Notes under the pieces: generated by a model
What the model was told of the DNA's origin: nothing
What the model saw: the letters and a program-made list of their open reading frames with translations, nothing else
Databases searched by the model: none
Assembly: GCA_963706325.1 (NCBI GenBank)
Contig: CAVPLT010000001.1
Coordinates: 1,183,703 to 1,247,702, forward strand
Origin: an uncultured Nitrospiraceae bacterium
Lineage (GTDB): Bacteria > Nitrospirota > Nitrospiria > Nitrospirales > Nitrospiraceae
Direction of reading: 5' to 3'
DNA length: 64,000 nt
Position numbers and translations under genes: made by a program
Shown here: positions 30,600-39,725 of the stretch, in pieces
Numbering within the stretch: position 1 is the first letter of the stretch
Layout: each line of letters begins with the position of its first letter

Positions 30600-32271
30600 C
30601 CAGAACCTGCCCTCGGTGACGATCCTCATTCCTTGTCGGAATGAGGAGGCGTTCATCGGAGCCTGCCTTGACTCGCTTATTCTCAATAGGTACCCCGTCG
30701 ACCGCCTCGACATTCTCATTGTCGATGGCGTCAGCACTGACAACACACGGACGATCGTTGGCCGCTTCGCCCAATCATATCCCCACATCCGCCTAATCGA
30801 AAATTACGCCGGGACCATCCCGGCCGCAATGAATGTCGGCATCAGCCGGTCCTGCGGTCAAGTCGTGATGAAGGTGGACGCGCATTCCACATACCCTCAC
30901 GACTACATCGAGGCCTGCGTCCGTTATTTGTTTACCCATACTGCGAAGATGGTCGGAGGGGTCTGTGCTATTGCGCCCCGCGCACGAACCGTCGTGGCCG
31001 AATCGATCGCCCTCGCCCTCGCTCACCGATTCGCTTCGGGCAATGCCTACATCAAGGTCGGCACGGCCGAGCCCCGTTGGGCGGATTCGGCCGCGTTCGG
31101 ATGCTGGAGGCGGGAAACCCTGGAGGAACTCGGGGGCTTCGATGAGCGGTTCACCGGAAGCTCGGATATGGATCTGAACAGGAGGCTTCGGAGCCGGGGG
31201 GGAAGAATTTTGCTTGTGCCGCAGATCAAGGTGACCTACTACGCGGACGCTGACCTGACGTCATTTTGGCAGCACAACTTCAGCGACGGGGTCTGGACCA
31301 CCTTTGCGTTGAAGTTCGGCAGGCACGCCAGTTCCTGGAGGCATTGGATTCCCTTCGCCTTGATCATGTCATTGGCTGCGGCGGGGATAGCGCTGTGGGT
31401 CCATCCGATCTTCGCCTGGCTGTTGGCGGCCATTGGAGGATCCTACGCCCTGATGGCTCTCGCGGCCTCGGCTCAATTGTCGGTCAGGATGAAGAGCTCG
31501 GCATATCTGATCACGCTGCCGATCGTTTTTGCGGTGAGGCATTTCGCTCACGGGCTCGGCGCAGTCTACGGCCTCGTCCTGTTGGCCTTGCCGGGGCTGT
31601 CATGGCGGGGAAGACGGACGGATGGAAACGTCCGAGGGTACCCCGGGCAGAGGCTGTTGAACCTTCTTGGAGCGTTGGTAGGTCTGGTCATCATGTCGCC
31701 GGTTTTGATCGTCCTGGGCTTGCTGGTGAAATTGGACTCCCCCGGTCCCGTCTTGTATCGTGGCGAGCGTCTGGGCCGATTGGGGAAGCCGTTTCACATC
31801 CTAAAGTTCAGGACCATGGTCGAGTCCCCGCAGAAGACTGCCCCCATCACAGTGGAAGGAGATGGCCGCATTACGAGGGTCGGCCGGTTCCTTCGAAGGT
31901 CCAAGCTGGACGAGTTGCCGCAACTTTTCAATGTCATGAAGGGGGAGATGAGTCTCGTCGGCCCACGGCCAGAATGTGCCTACTATTTTCAATATTATGC
32001 GGAAGAAGAACGACGCCTGATTCATTCGGTGCGACCCGGGTTGACGGATTACGGGTCATTGCGTTTCCATGATGAAGGTCGCTTGCTCGCCGGCTCGCCC
32101 GATCCGGTGAAATTCTATTTGGAGCGGATACGTCGCGAAAAGGTTGACGAGCAGCTGCGGTATATTCGCGAGCAGTCCTTCCTCACCGATCTGAAGATCA
32201 TTGTGAGGACTATTGTGACCATCATCATAACCAGGCTGAAACGGGATCGGACCGCTCAGCCTATCGGCTAG
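30589..32271 (+). CDS. Fusion of GT2 glycosyltransferase (ExoA-like) and monotopic phosphoglycosyltransferase (Bac_transf)
   Basis: N-term 'ILIPCRNEE', 'DGVSTD', 'VDAH'; C-term 'KFRTM', '[34 protein letters not shown]'. Confidence 0.88.
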   Translation: MSNNQNLPSVTILIPCRNEEAFIGACLDSLILNRYPVDRLDILIVDGVSTDNTRTIVGRFAQSYPHIRLIENYAGTIPAAMNVGISRSCGQVVMKVDAHSTYPHDYIEACVRYLFTHTAKMVGGVCAIAPRARTVVAESIALALAHRFASGNAYIKVGTAEPRWADSAAFGCWRRETLEELGGFDERFTGSSDMDLNRRLRSRGGRILLVPQIKVTYYADADLTSFWQHNFSDGVWTTFALKFGRHASSWRHWIPFALIMSLAAAGIALWVHPIFAWLLAAIGGSYALMALAASAQLSVRMKSSAYLITLPIVFAVRHFAHGLGAVYGLVLLALPGLSWRGRRTDGNVRGYPGQRLLNLLGALVGLVIMSPVLIVLGLLVKLDSPGPVLYRGERLGRLGKPFHILKFRTMVESPQKTAPITVEGDGRITRVGRFLRRSKLDELPQLFNVMKGEMSLVGPRPECAYYFQYYAEEERRLIHSVRPGLTDYGSLRFHDEGRLLAGSPDPVKFYLERIRREKVDEQLRYIREQSFLTDLKIIVRTIVTIIITRLKRDRTAQPIG

Positions 32272-32331
32272 GTTAGTTCGACGGAATCCGCTGACAGTCG
32301 ACCGTCGTGTCTGCTATGCGAGTGTAGATCC

Positions 32332-33459
32332 ATGCCCTATCAAGTTCCCTTCGTTAACGTGCCTGCGCATTTTGCCGGCATCCAAGAAGAAATCTTGGAG
32401 ACCGTGATGAATGTGCTCAAGCGGGGCAACCTGGTCTTGAGGGACGAACTGCGTGAATTCGAGCGGAATCTCGCGGCCTTCGTCGGCACTCGTTACGCCG
32501 TGGGTGTGAACAGCGGATCGGATGCGCTCCATTTGGCCCTTCGAGGCCTGGGAGTGGGCCCGGGAGACGAAGTGATTTCGGTGGCACATACCTGCGTGGC
32601 CACCATCTCCGCCATCGTGCATACGGGAGCCGTGCCGGTGCTCATCGATGTGGCAGATGATTACACGATGGATATGTCGAAACTTGAACAGGCCATCACC
32701 CGGCGCACGCGGGCCATCGTCCCCGTTCACCTGAACGGCCGTGCCTGTGATATGGACCGATTGATGGAGGCGGCCCGGAAGCACAAGCTGATCGTGGTAG
32801 AGGATGGGGCTCAGGCCTTGGGAGCGGAGTACGACGGCCGCAAGGTCGGCTCATTCGGCATGGCCGGTTGTTTCAGCTTGTATCCCTTCAAAATGCTGGG
32901 TGCCTTCGGAGACGGGGGGATCGTCACCACGAACGATGAACATCTGGCCAGGCAAATTGCCGTCCTGCGGGACTACGGGGAAGATCGGGAAACGGGAGAG
33001 GTGCTCTGTTTCGGTTATAACTCACGGTTGGACAATCTCCAGGCGGCGATTCTGAACGTCAAATTGAAGCACTTTTCTGGCTGGATCGAACGGCGCCGGC
33101 AGATCGCAGACCTGTATCACGAGGGCCTGGCAGACCTCCTCCACATCACGCTGCCGCGCTTTTCCTCTGACAAGCGTGTCGATGTCTATTTAAATTACAC
33201 GCTCAGGGCCGAGCGTCGGGATGATCTGGTTACATTCCTGAAACAACAGGGCATCGAGCCATTGACGCCGTTGTCCCTGGTTACCCCCGTTCACCGTCAC
33301 AAGGCTCTTCACCTGGATCATCTGTCGCTGCCCAACACGGAAGCCATTGCAAGGGAGTTCCTCTACCTGCCAATCAGCCCGGAACTTGAGGATGAGCAAA
33401 TCCGCTACGTCATCGCCACGCTGCATCGTTTCTATGGGAAGATCCAACCGCTCGGATGA
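32332..33459 (+). CDS. DegT/DnrJ/EryC1/StrS PLP-dependent sugar aminotransferase (copy 1)
   Basis: 'NSGSDAL', 'GPGDEVI', 'EDGAQA', PLP lysine in 'SLYPFKMLGAFGDGG'. Confidence 0.93.
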   Translation: MPYQVPFVNVPAHFAGIQEEILETVMNVLKRGNLVLRDELREFERNLAAFVGTRYAVGVNSGSDALHLALRGLGVGPGDEVISVAHTCVATISAIVHTGAVPVLIDVADDYTMDMSKLEQAITRRTRAIVPVHLNGRACDMDRLMEAARKHKLIVVEDGAQALGAEYDGRKVGSFGMAGCFSLYPFKMLGAFGDGGIVTTNDEHLARQIAVLRDYGEDRETGEVLCFGYNSRLDNLQAAILNVKLKHFSGWIERRRQIADLYHEGLADLLHITLPRFSSDKRVDVYLNYTLRAERRDDLVTFLKQQGIEPLTPLSLVTPVHRHKALHLDHLSLPNTEAIAREFLYLPISPELEDEQIRYVIATLHRFYGKIQPLG

Positions 33460-33603
33460 CGAACAGCAAGTGTCCCCCCACAGTCAAGCACTGGTATATA
33501 CCAAACACCTTCAGTAAGATGACCGTCCGTTGGAAGCTCGGGTATCCCCGTACTGTGAACGACATCGCACAGACGGTCCGCTGAAGAAGGATGTTCCCCA
33601 CCG

Positions 33604-34620
33604 GTGAAATCCATGGCACCTGTAGGCCAGGCAGGAACAGAGCAGGGAGATAGGAAGCAGCACTTTCTGTATTCGCTCTATCGCACGATGCTGCTGGTGC
33701 GGCTGACCGAAGAGCGGATCGCGACGCTCGTGGAGACGAAGGAAGCAACGACCCCTTGTCATCTCTACATCGGGCAGGAGGCGATCGCTGCCGGCGTTTG
33801 CGCGGCGCTGGGACGGGAGGATACGGTTTGGGGTGGGCATCGATCCCATGGGCACTATCTGGCCAAGGGCGGCGACCTTCCCAGGATGATGGCTGAAATC
33901 TTGGGCAAGGCGACGGGCTGCTCCAAGGGGCGTGGGGGGTCCATGCATCTCCTAGACAGGACTCAGGGACTGTATGGCACGGTCCCCTTGGTTGGAGCGA
34001 CCATTCCTCTCGCAGTCGGCGCCGGGCTCGCGTCCAAACTTCGCCACGATGGCCATGTGGCTGTGACCTTCTTCGGCGATGGAGCCACCGAGGAGGGCCA
34101 TTTTCACGAGTCTCTGAACCTGGCGGCGCTCTACCGGCTTCCGGTGCTGTTCGTGTGCGAGAATAATTTTTACTCCACTCACATGGCCTTGTCGGAGCGC
34201 CGTTCGAAGGACAACATTGTGCAAGCGGCTGATTCCGCCGGCATGCCTGGTCTGCGTCTGGACGGGAACGATGTGCAGGCGGTGTTCGAAGGCGCGAGCC
34301 GGGCCGTGGCCCGGGCGAGGGCGGGGGAGGGGCCTTCCCTCCTGGAATGCAGGACCTACCGGTGGCGCGGTCATGTCGGCCCATCATGGGATTTGGAAGT
34401 CGGTGAGCATCGTCGCCGCGAACTGGAGGAGTGGCTGCCGAAGGATCCCATCATGCGCCTAAAGCAGTGCTTGGTGGATGTGGGGAGCCCCGTGGAGGAA
34501 CTGGAGGCTATGCGCTCCGCCATCTTGGCTGAGGTGGACGCGGCTGTCGAGTTTGCGCGAGCATCCCCATTGCCGGAAGAGAGTGACCTATTGCGACATG
34601 TATATGCCCCAACAGAATAG
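33604..34620 (+). CDS. TPP-dependent 2-oxoacid dehydrogenase E1 alpha-like subunit
   Basis: 'HLYIGQEA', 'HRSHGH', 'GRGGSMH', TPP motif 'GDGATEEG...ENN', 'TYRWRGH'. Confidence 0.92.
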   Translation: MKSMAPVGQAGTEQGDRKQHFLYSLYRTMLLVRLTEERIATLVETKEATTPCHLYIGQEAIAAGVCAALGREDTVWGGHRSHGHYLAKGGDLPRMMAEILGKATGCSKGRGGSMHLLDRTQGLYGTVPLVGATIPLAVGAGLASKLRHDGHVAVTFFGDGATEEGHFHESLNLAALYRLPVLFVCENNFYSTHMALSERRSKDNIVQAADSAGMPGLRLDGNDVQAVFEGASRAVARARAGEGPSLLECRTYRWRGHVGPSWDLEVGEHRRRELEEWLPKDPIMRLKQCLVDVGSPVEELEAMRSAILAEVDAAVEFARASPLPEESDLLRHVYAPTE

Positions 34621-35605
34621 GACTGACGGACAACGCCGGCTCACCTACGCGCAGGCCATACGAGAGGCGCATGCGCAGCTCCTGCGGCAGGACCCGCGGG
34701 TGTTCATCTGCGGCCAAGGGGTCTGGAATCCCTGGTATGCCGGGACCAGTCTCCAGGATCTGGACACGGAGTTCGGCCGCGAACGGGTGCTCGACTGCCC
34801 GGTCTCGGAGAATGCCATGACGGCTGCCGCCATCGGCGCGGCGATTGTCGGCATGCGGCCGATCGTGTTCCATGCGCGCATGGATTTCATGCTGCTTGCG
34901 GTCGATCCCATCGTGAACCAAGCGGCGAACTGGTCCTATTTATTCGGAGGGCAGGTGAACGTGCCCGTGGTCATTCGTTCGGTCATCAATCGGGGAGGCG
35001 AACAGGGGGCGCAGCACTCACAAGCCCTTCAGGCCATGTTCGCCCATGCGCCCGGATTGAAGGTGGTGATGCCCAGTACGCCGCACGACGCAAAGGGGCT
35101 ACTCGTCGCCGCGGTCCGTGACGGGAATCCGGTGCTCTATCTTGACGACCGCTGGCTTTATGAACAGGAGGGAGCGGTGTCCGAGGACCTCTATGAGGTA
35201 CCGATCGGAACGGCCGCGCTTCGCCGCCAGGGAATGGATGTCACGCTCGTTGCCACGTCGTACATGGCCTCCGAGGCGGCCATGGCCGTTGAGGCGTTGG
35301 CTCGACGGGACATTGATGTGGAGTTGATCGATTTGCGCTCGATCAAGCCATGGGATCGCAATCTGGTGTACTCCTCCGTAGGAAAAACCGGCCGCTTGGT
35401 TATTGCCGACGCTGCCTGGATGAGCGGCGGGATCGCCGCGGAGATCGCCGCCTCGGTGGCCGGAGAGATCTTTCACGCCCTGAAGGCGCCGATTGCACGT
35501 GTCTGCCTACCCGATGTGCCGGCCCCCACTGCGGCCGTGCTCGAGCGCGCTTATTATGTCGGCGCGGAGGATATTGTCGCTGCGGTGGAGAAAGTGTTTG
35601 TGTAG
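34604..35605 (+). CDS. TPP-dependent 2-oxoacid dehydrogenase E1 beta-like subunit
   Basis: 'FGRERVLDCPVSE', 'GAQHSQ', 'PGLKVVMPSTP.DAKG', 'IDLRSIKP'; overlaps alpha stop. Confidence 0.92.
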   Translation: MPQQNRTDGQRRLTYAQAIREAHAQLLRQDPRVFICGQGVWNPWYAGTSLQDLDTEFGRERVLDCPVSENAMTAAAIGAAIVGMRPIVFHARMDFMLLAVDPIVNQAANWSYLFGGQVNVPVVIRSVINRGGEQGAQHSQALQAMFAHAPGLKVVMPSTPHDAKGLLVAAVRDGNPVLYLDDRWLYEQEGAVSEDLYEVPIGTAALRRQGMDVTLVATSYMASEAAMAVEALARRDIDVELIDLRSIKPWDRNLVYSSVGKTGRLVIADAAWMSGGIAAEIAASVAGEIFHALKAPIARVCLPDVPAPTAAVLERAYYVGAEDIVAAVEKVFV

Positions 35606-35621
35606 ACTACCCGCTCTATTT

Positions 35622-36734
35622 ATGGCCTATCACGTTCCCTTCATCGACCCTCGCAGTCACTACGCGAAGCTCAAGCCTGAGATCGATCGGGCGATCATTG
35701 AATGCTTGGCGAATGGCGATTTGGTGAATCGGCACCAGCTCAAGGATTTTGAACAGCACCTGGCCGAATTCGTGGGCGCCAAGTACGCGGTCGGCGTCAA
35801 CAGCGGGTACCATGCCCTCTACTTTGCGCTCCTTGGAGCGGGTGTGGGCCGGGGCGATGAGGTCATCACGGTGGCCCACACGTTCGTTGCGACGGTGTCG
35901 GCCATTGTGCATTGCGGGGCGCATCCGGTCCTGGTCGATGTGGCGCGCGACTACAATATGGCCATCGACCAGATCGAGCGCGCGATCACGCCGCGGACGA
36001 AGGCCCTCCTGCCGGTGCACCTCAATGGGCGTGTGTGCGAGATGGACAAGATTTTGGCGCTGGCTGACAACCACGGGTTGGCGGTGATCGAGGATGCAGC
36101 GCAGGCTCTCGGGGCAACGTTTGACGGGAAATATGCCGGGAGCCAGGGGCGCGCCGGCTGCTTCAGTTTCTATCCCTTCAAGGTCCTCGGTGGGGTTGGC
36201 GATGGCGGGGCCATCACGACGAACGATCCGCAGTTGGCACGAATGGCAACCCTATTGCGCTACAACGGAGAGGACCGCGAAACAGGCGAATATCACTACC
36301 ATGGACAGACTGCACTTCTGGACAATGTTCAGGCTGCTGTACTGGATGTGAAGCTGCGATACTTGCCTGAGTGGATTATCCATCGGCGTCGGATTGCGGA
36401 ACGCTATCGTCTCGGTCTCGCCCGGATCAAACAATTGCGCTTGCCCCATTTCGATGAGGGCAAGCGGAAAGACATCTACCAGAATTATGTTATCCGTACG
36501 ACCGTCCGCGACCAATTGCGCGCCTACCTGAAGGCGGGGGGGGTCGAAACGCTGGTCCATTGGTCGAGACCCATGTGGGAGCATCAGGGGTTGGGGCTCG
36601 CGGTCCCGGATGTCCCGGAGACCCTCTCAATCTGCCGGGAAGTGTTGTCCCTCCCGATGAGCGCGGAGACCACGGAAGAACATGTCGACGCGACCGTCGC
36701 CTGCGTGCAGAGGTTTTTTTCAAGCCGCCCGTGA
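35622..36734 (+). CDS. DegT/DnrJ/EryC1/StrS PLP-dependent sugar aminotransferase (copy 2)
   Basis: 'EDAAQA', 'SFYPFKVLGGVGDGG'; colinear with copy 1. Confidence 0.93.
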   Translation: MAYHVPFIDPRSHYAKLKPEIDRAIIECLANGDLVNRHQLKDFEQHLAEFVGAKYAVGVNSGYHALYFALLGAGVGRGDEVITVAHTFVATVSAIVHCGAHPVLVDVARDYNMAIDQIERAITPRTKALLPVHLNGRVCEMDKILALADNHGLAVIEDAAQALGATFDGKYAGSQGRAGCFSFYPFKVLGGVGDGGAITTNDPQLARMATLLRYNGEDRETGEYHYHGQTALLDNVQAAVLDVKLRYLPEWIIHRRRIAERYRLGLARIKQLRLPHFDEGKRKDIYQNYVIRTTVRDQLRAYLKAGGVETLVHWSRPMWEHQGLGLAVPDVPETLSICREVLSLPMSAETTEEHVDATVACVQRFFSSRP

Positions 36735-37516
36735 GCACAGTCGACTACAGCTCCGTAACTGAAAAAGATGGAGACTGGGTGACGCCGGAAGCGTTGTCCA
36801 TGGTCTATACCCGGTATCGCTTTGCGTTAGACTTCTGTCGAGGGAAGCGGCTCCTGGAGGTGGCCTGCGGTCAAGCTGTCGGGCTAGGATACCTTGCAAA
36901 GCATGCAGCGCAAGCGGTCGGTGCAGACGTCACAGAGAAGTTGCTCAACCGGGCACGTCACACCTTGCAGGAGACGCTTCCGTTGCTGAGGTTGGACGCA
37001 GACTCGTTGCCGCTGAGAACGGCATCCCGGGATGTGATTGTGTGTTATGAGGCGATCTACTATCTCAAACACCCAATTCAGTTCTTGCAGGAGTGCCGGC
37101 GAGTGTTGTCACCTCAGGGGTTTCTCCTGCTCTGCACTGTGAACCCGGAGTGGCCGGACTTCAACCCTAGTCCGTACAGTCGGCAGTATTATTCGGCCCG
37201 TCAGCTCTCGGCACTGCTCGAAAAGTCCGGCTTTCAGACGCAAATCTTCGGCGCTTTTCCTGTCGCGGACTCGTCGTTTCTAGCTTCGTGTGTGTCACGG
37301 ATCAAGCGTGTTGCCGTGGCTTTGCAGCTGATTCCATCCTCAATGCAAGGAAAGCGACTGCTCAAGCGTCTCTTTCTTGGGAGACTGGTCCGCTTCCCGG
37401 CAGCCGTCGATGATGGAATGACTGCCTACGCTCAGCCTGTACCGATTTCTTGCGACCACCCAATCGTCGGCTATAAGATCCTGTTTGCCGTGGGACGACC
37501 TACCGGACCTGGTTAG
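36731..37516 (+). CDS. Class I SAM-dependent methyltransferase
   Basis: 'RYRFA', motif I 'LEVACG...G', 'RVLSPQG'; GTG start overlapping previous stop (GTGA). Confidence 0.85.
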   Translation: MSTVDYSSVTEKDGDWVTPEALSMVYTRYRFALDFCRGKRLLEVACGQAVGLGYLAKHAAQAVGADVTEKLLNRARHTLQETLPLLRLDADSLPLRTASRDVIVCYEAIYYLKHPIQFLQECRRVLSPQGFLLLCTVNPEWPDFNPSPYSRQYYSARQLSALLEKSGFQTQIFGAFPVADSSFLASCVSRIKRVAVALQLIPSSMQGKRLLKRLFLGRLVRFPAAVDDGMTAYAQPVPISCDHPIVGYKILFAVGRPTGPG

Positions 37517-37682
37517 TTTGCTCAACGAGTTCCGGATTCCTTATCGCTTCCGTTCGTCTCGCAGGTCTGGTCCAACCAGGGGTTTATCCTAGGGCTGGAT
37601 TCGACGATTGAAGACAGGGTATCCTTCCAATTCAAGTTGGCCGAGGCCGAGGCCTCATGGCTAGGCTCAACCGGGGTATGCC

Positions 37683-39653
37683 ATGGCTCATCCATTTACC
37701 GCATCGTATACTCCAGGCCAACGACGCCTCCTGCTATTTGTCGCCCACCTGGGGCTGGCGGCGCTGTCGAATTGGCTGGCTTTCGTTCTCCGTTTCGATG
37801 GCGGTATTCCCGCGCCCCAGTGGGAACTCTTCAGCTCCATGCTCCCCTTGCTCTTGATCGTCCGGGCGCTTTCCTTTTCACCATTCAGGCTCTACGACGG
37901 CCTCTGGCGATACACGAGCCTGTGGGATGTTCGCGACCTGGCCCTGAGTATCGCCGCGAGCACGCTGCTGTTCGCCGGAGCGGTCCGAGTTGGAATGGGC
38001 GTCTGGTCCTATCCCTCGTCTGTTTTTGTAATAGACGCTCTGCTGCTGCTCTGCCTGTTGACCGGGCTGCGCCTGGTGCCAAGGCTCATTCGAGAAGCGA
38101 AATGGCTGCGGACTGGCCGAAAGCGGGTGCTGATCGTCGGTGCCGGTGATGCTGGCGCCATGATCGTGCAAGAAATGCGGAACAATCGCATCTACGGGTA
38201 TCATCCGATCGGCTTCATTGACGACAATCCCAACAAAATTGCACACCGCATTCATGGCGTAGGGGTATTGGGCAGTAGAGAGAGCCTGCCTCGAATCATC
38301 GCCGAACAGCGTCCCGACGTGGTGCTCGTGGCCATGCCGAGTGCCACTCCTGCCGCGATCCGAGCGGTGGTGAAGGCGTTGGAGCCGTTCGATCTGCCCA
38401 TTCAAACCCTCCCCAATCTCCGCGACCTGTTGCAGTGCCACGTCCAGGTCAGTCAAATCCGCAATCTCTCAATCGAGGATTTGCTGGAGCGTGTTCCCGT
38501 CGATCTCGACCCGGAGCCGCTCCGAAGTCTGGTCCAGGGCGAACGTGTGTTGGTCACCGGCGCCGGTGGGTCGATCGGCGCGGAGTTATGCCGACAAGTG
38601 GCCACCTTCTCCCCCGCGTCGTTGGTGCTCCTCGACCGTTATGAAAATGGGCTCTTTGCCATAACGAACGAGCTTTCAGCCGCTGGCCATGCCTTCATCG
38701 TTCCTCTGATCGGCGATATCACCGATGTCGGTCAAATAAATCGATTGTTTGCTGAGCATCGTCCTACGCTGGTATTTCATGCGGCTGCGCACAAACATGT
38801 TCCGTTGATGGAGGGGAACCTCTGCGAGGCGGTCCTGAATAATGTCGGTGGGACGCGAGTTGTCGCGGAGGCGGCCCATCGGCATGAGGTTGACCGGTTC
38901 ATTCTCATCTCGACCGACAAAGCCGTGAATCCCGTCAGTGTGATGGGGGCGAGCAAAGCGGTGGCCGAACTGCTTGTCCAGGAGACAGCCGGAACGTCTC
39001 GAACGATTTTCGCGAGCGTGCGATTCGGCAATGTCCTAGGCAGCAACGGCAGCGTCGTCCCGCAGTTTCTAGACCAGATCAAAGCGGGCGGACCGGTCAC
39101 TGTTACAGATCCCGGCATGCGCCGCTATTTCATGCTGATGACGGAGGCTGTGCATTTGGTGCTCCATGCGGCGCGCCTGGCTCGGGGCGGGGAGCTGTTT
39201 GTACTGGATATGGGGGAGCAAATCAGTGTGGTAGATATGGCGCGAAATTTGATTCGATTGGCCGGGTTTGTTCCCGATAAGGATATTGCCATAACCTATC
39301 TAGGCTGTCGCCCAGGGGAAAAGTTAATTGAAGAACTGGTGGCCGGTCATGAAACGCTGGAGGCTACTTCCGTCCCGAAGATTACCTGCGTCCGGAAGGA
39401 TTTTGTATATGCACCCTCCAACCTGTCTGGCTTGATCAAGCGGCTGGAAGAGTCTGCTGCTGAAGGGAATGTCTCGAACGTGCTGGCCATTCTTTGTGAC
39501 ATTCTGCCCGACTATCATCCATGGGGCGCGTCACATGTTAATGAGGGGAGTGGTGATTCACGTGGCACAGTGCCCGCGGACCTGCTTTCATCCCCGGTTG
39601 ATGCCGTGACCAGCGCTGGGCTTTCGCCGGCCTCGTCTCGCAGGCGAGGATAA
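37683..39653 (+). CDS. Membrane-bound nucleotide-sugar 4,6-dehydratase (CapD/PglF/WbpM family)
   Basis: 4 N-terminal TMs, 'GAGDAG', 'TGAGGSIG', 'HAAAHKHVP', 'STDKAVNP..MGASK', 'RFGNVLGS.GSV'. Confidence 0.93.
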   Translation: MAHPFTASYTPGQRRLLLFVAHLGLAALSNWLAFVLRFDGGIPAPQWELFSSMLPLLLIVRALSFSPFRLYDGLWRYTSLWDVRDLALSIAASTLLFAGAVRVGMGVWSYPSSVFVIDALLLLCLLTGLRLVPRLIREAKWLRTGRKRVLIVGAGDAGAMIVQEMRNNRIYGYHPIGFIDDNPNKIAHRIHGVGVLGSRESLPRIIAEQRPDVVLVAMPSATPAAIRAVVKALEPFDLPIQTLPNLRDLLQCHVQVSQIRNLSIEDLLERVPVDLDPEPLRSLVQGERVLVTGAGGSIGAELCRQVATFSPASLVLLDRYENGLFAITNELSAAGHAFIVPLIGDITDVGQINRLFAEHRPTLVFHAAAHKHVPLMEGNLCEAVLNNVGGTRVVAEAAHRHEVDRFILISTDKAVNPVSVMGASKAVAELLVQETAGTSRTIFASVRFGNVLGSNGSVVPQFLDQIKAGGPVTVTDPGMRRYFMLMTEAVHLVLHAARLARGGELFVLDMGEQISVVDMARNLIRLAGFVPDKDIAITYLGCRPGEKLIEELVAGHETLEATSVPKITCVRKDFVYAPSNLSGLIKRLEESAAEGNVSNVLAILCDILPDYHPWGASHVNEGSGDSRGTVPADLLSSPVDAVTSAGLSPASSRRRG

Positions 39654-39725
39654 CGTGCCGCTGTGGCGGAGTGATGGCCGGTCTTGTAAGCGCCCTCTGA
39701 GACTCGTCCCGTTTCTTCTCATCGG

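Noticed and set aside
33604..35605. Calling the E1 pair housekeeping pdhA/pdhB
   Set aside because: No E2/E3 nearby and embedded in a sugar-modification operon; gene symbols withheld
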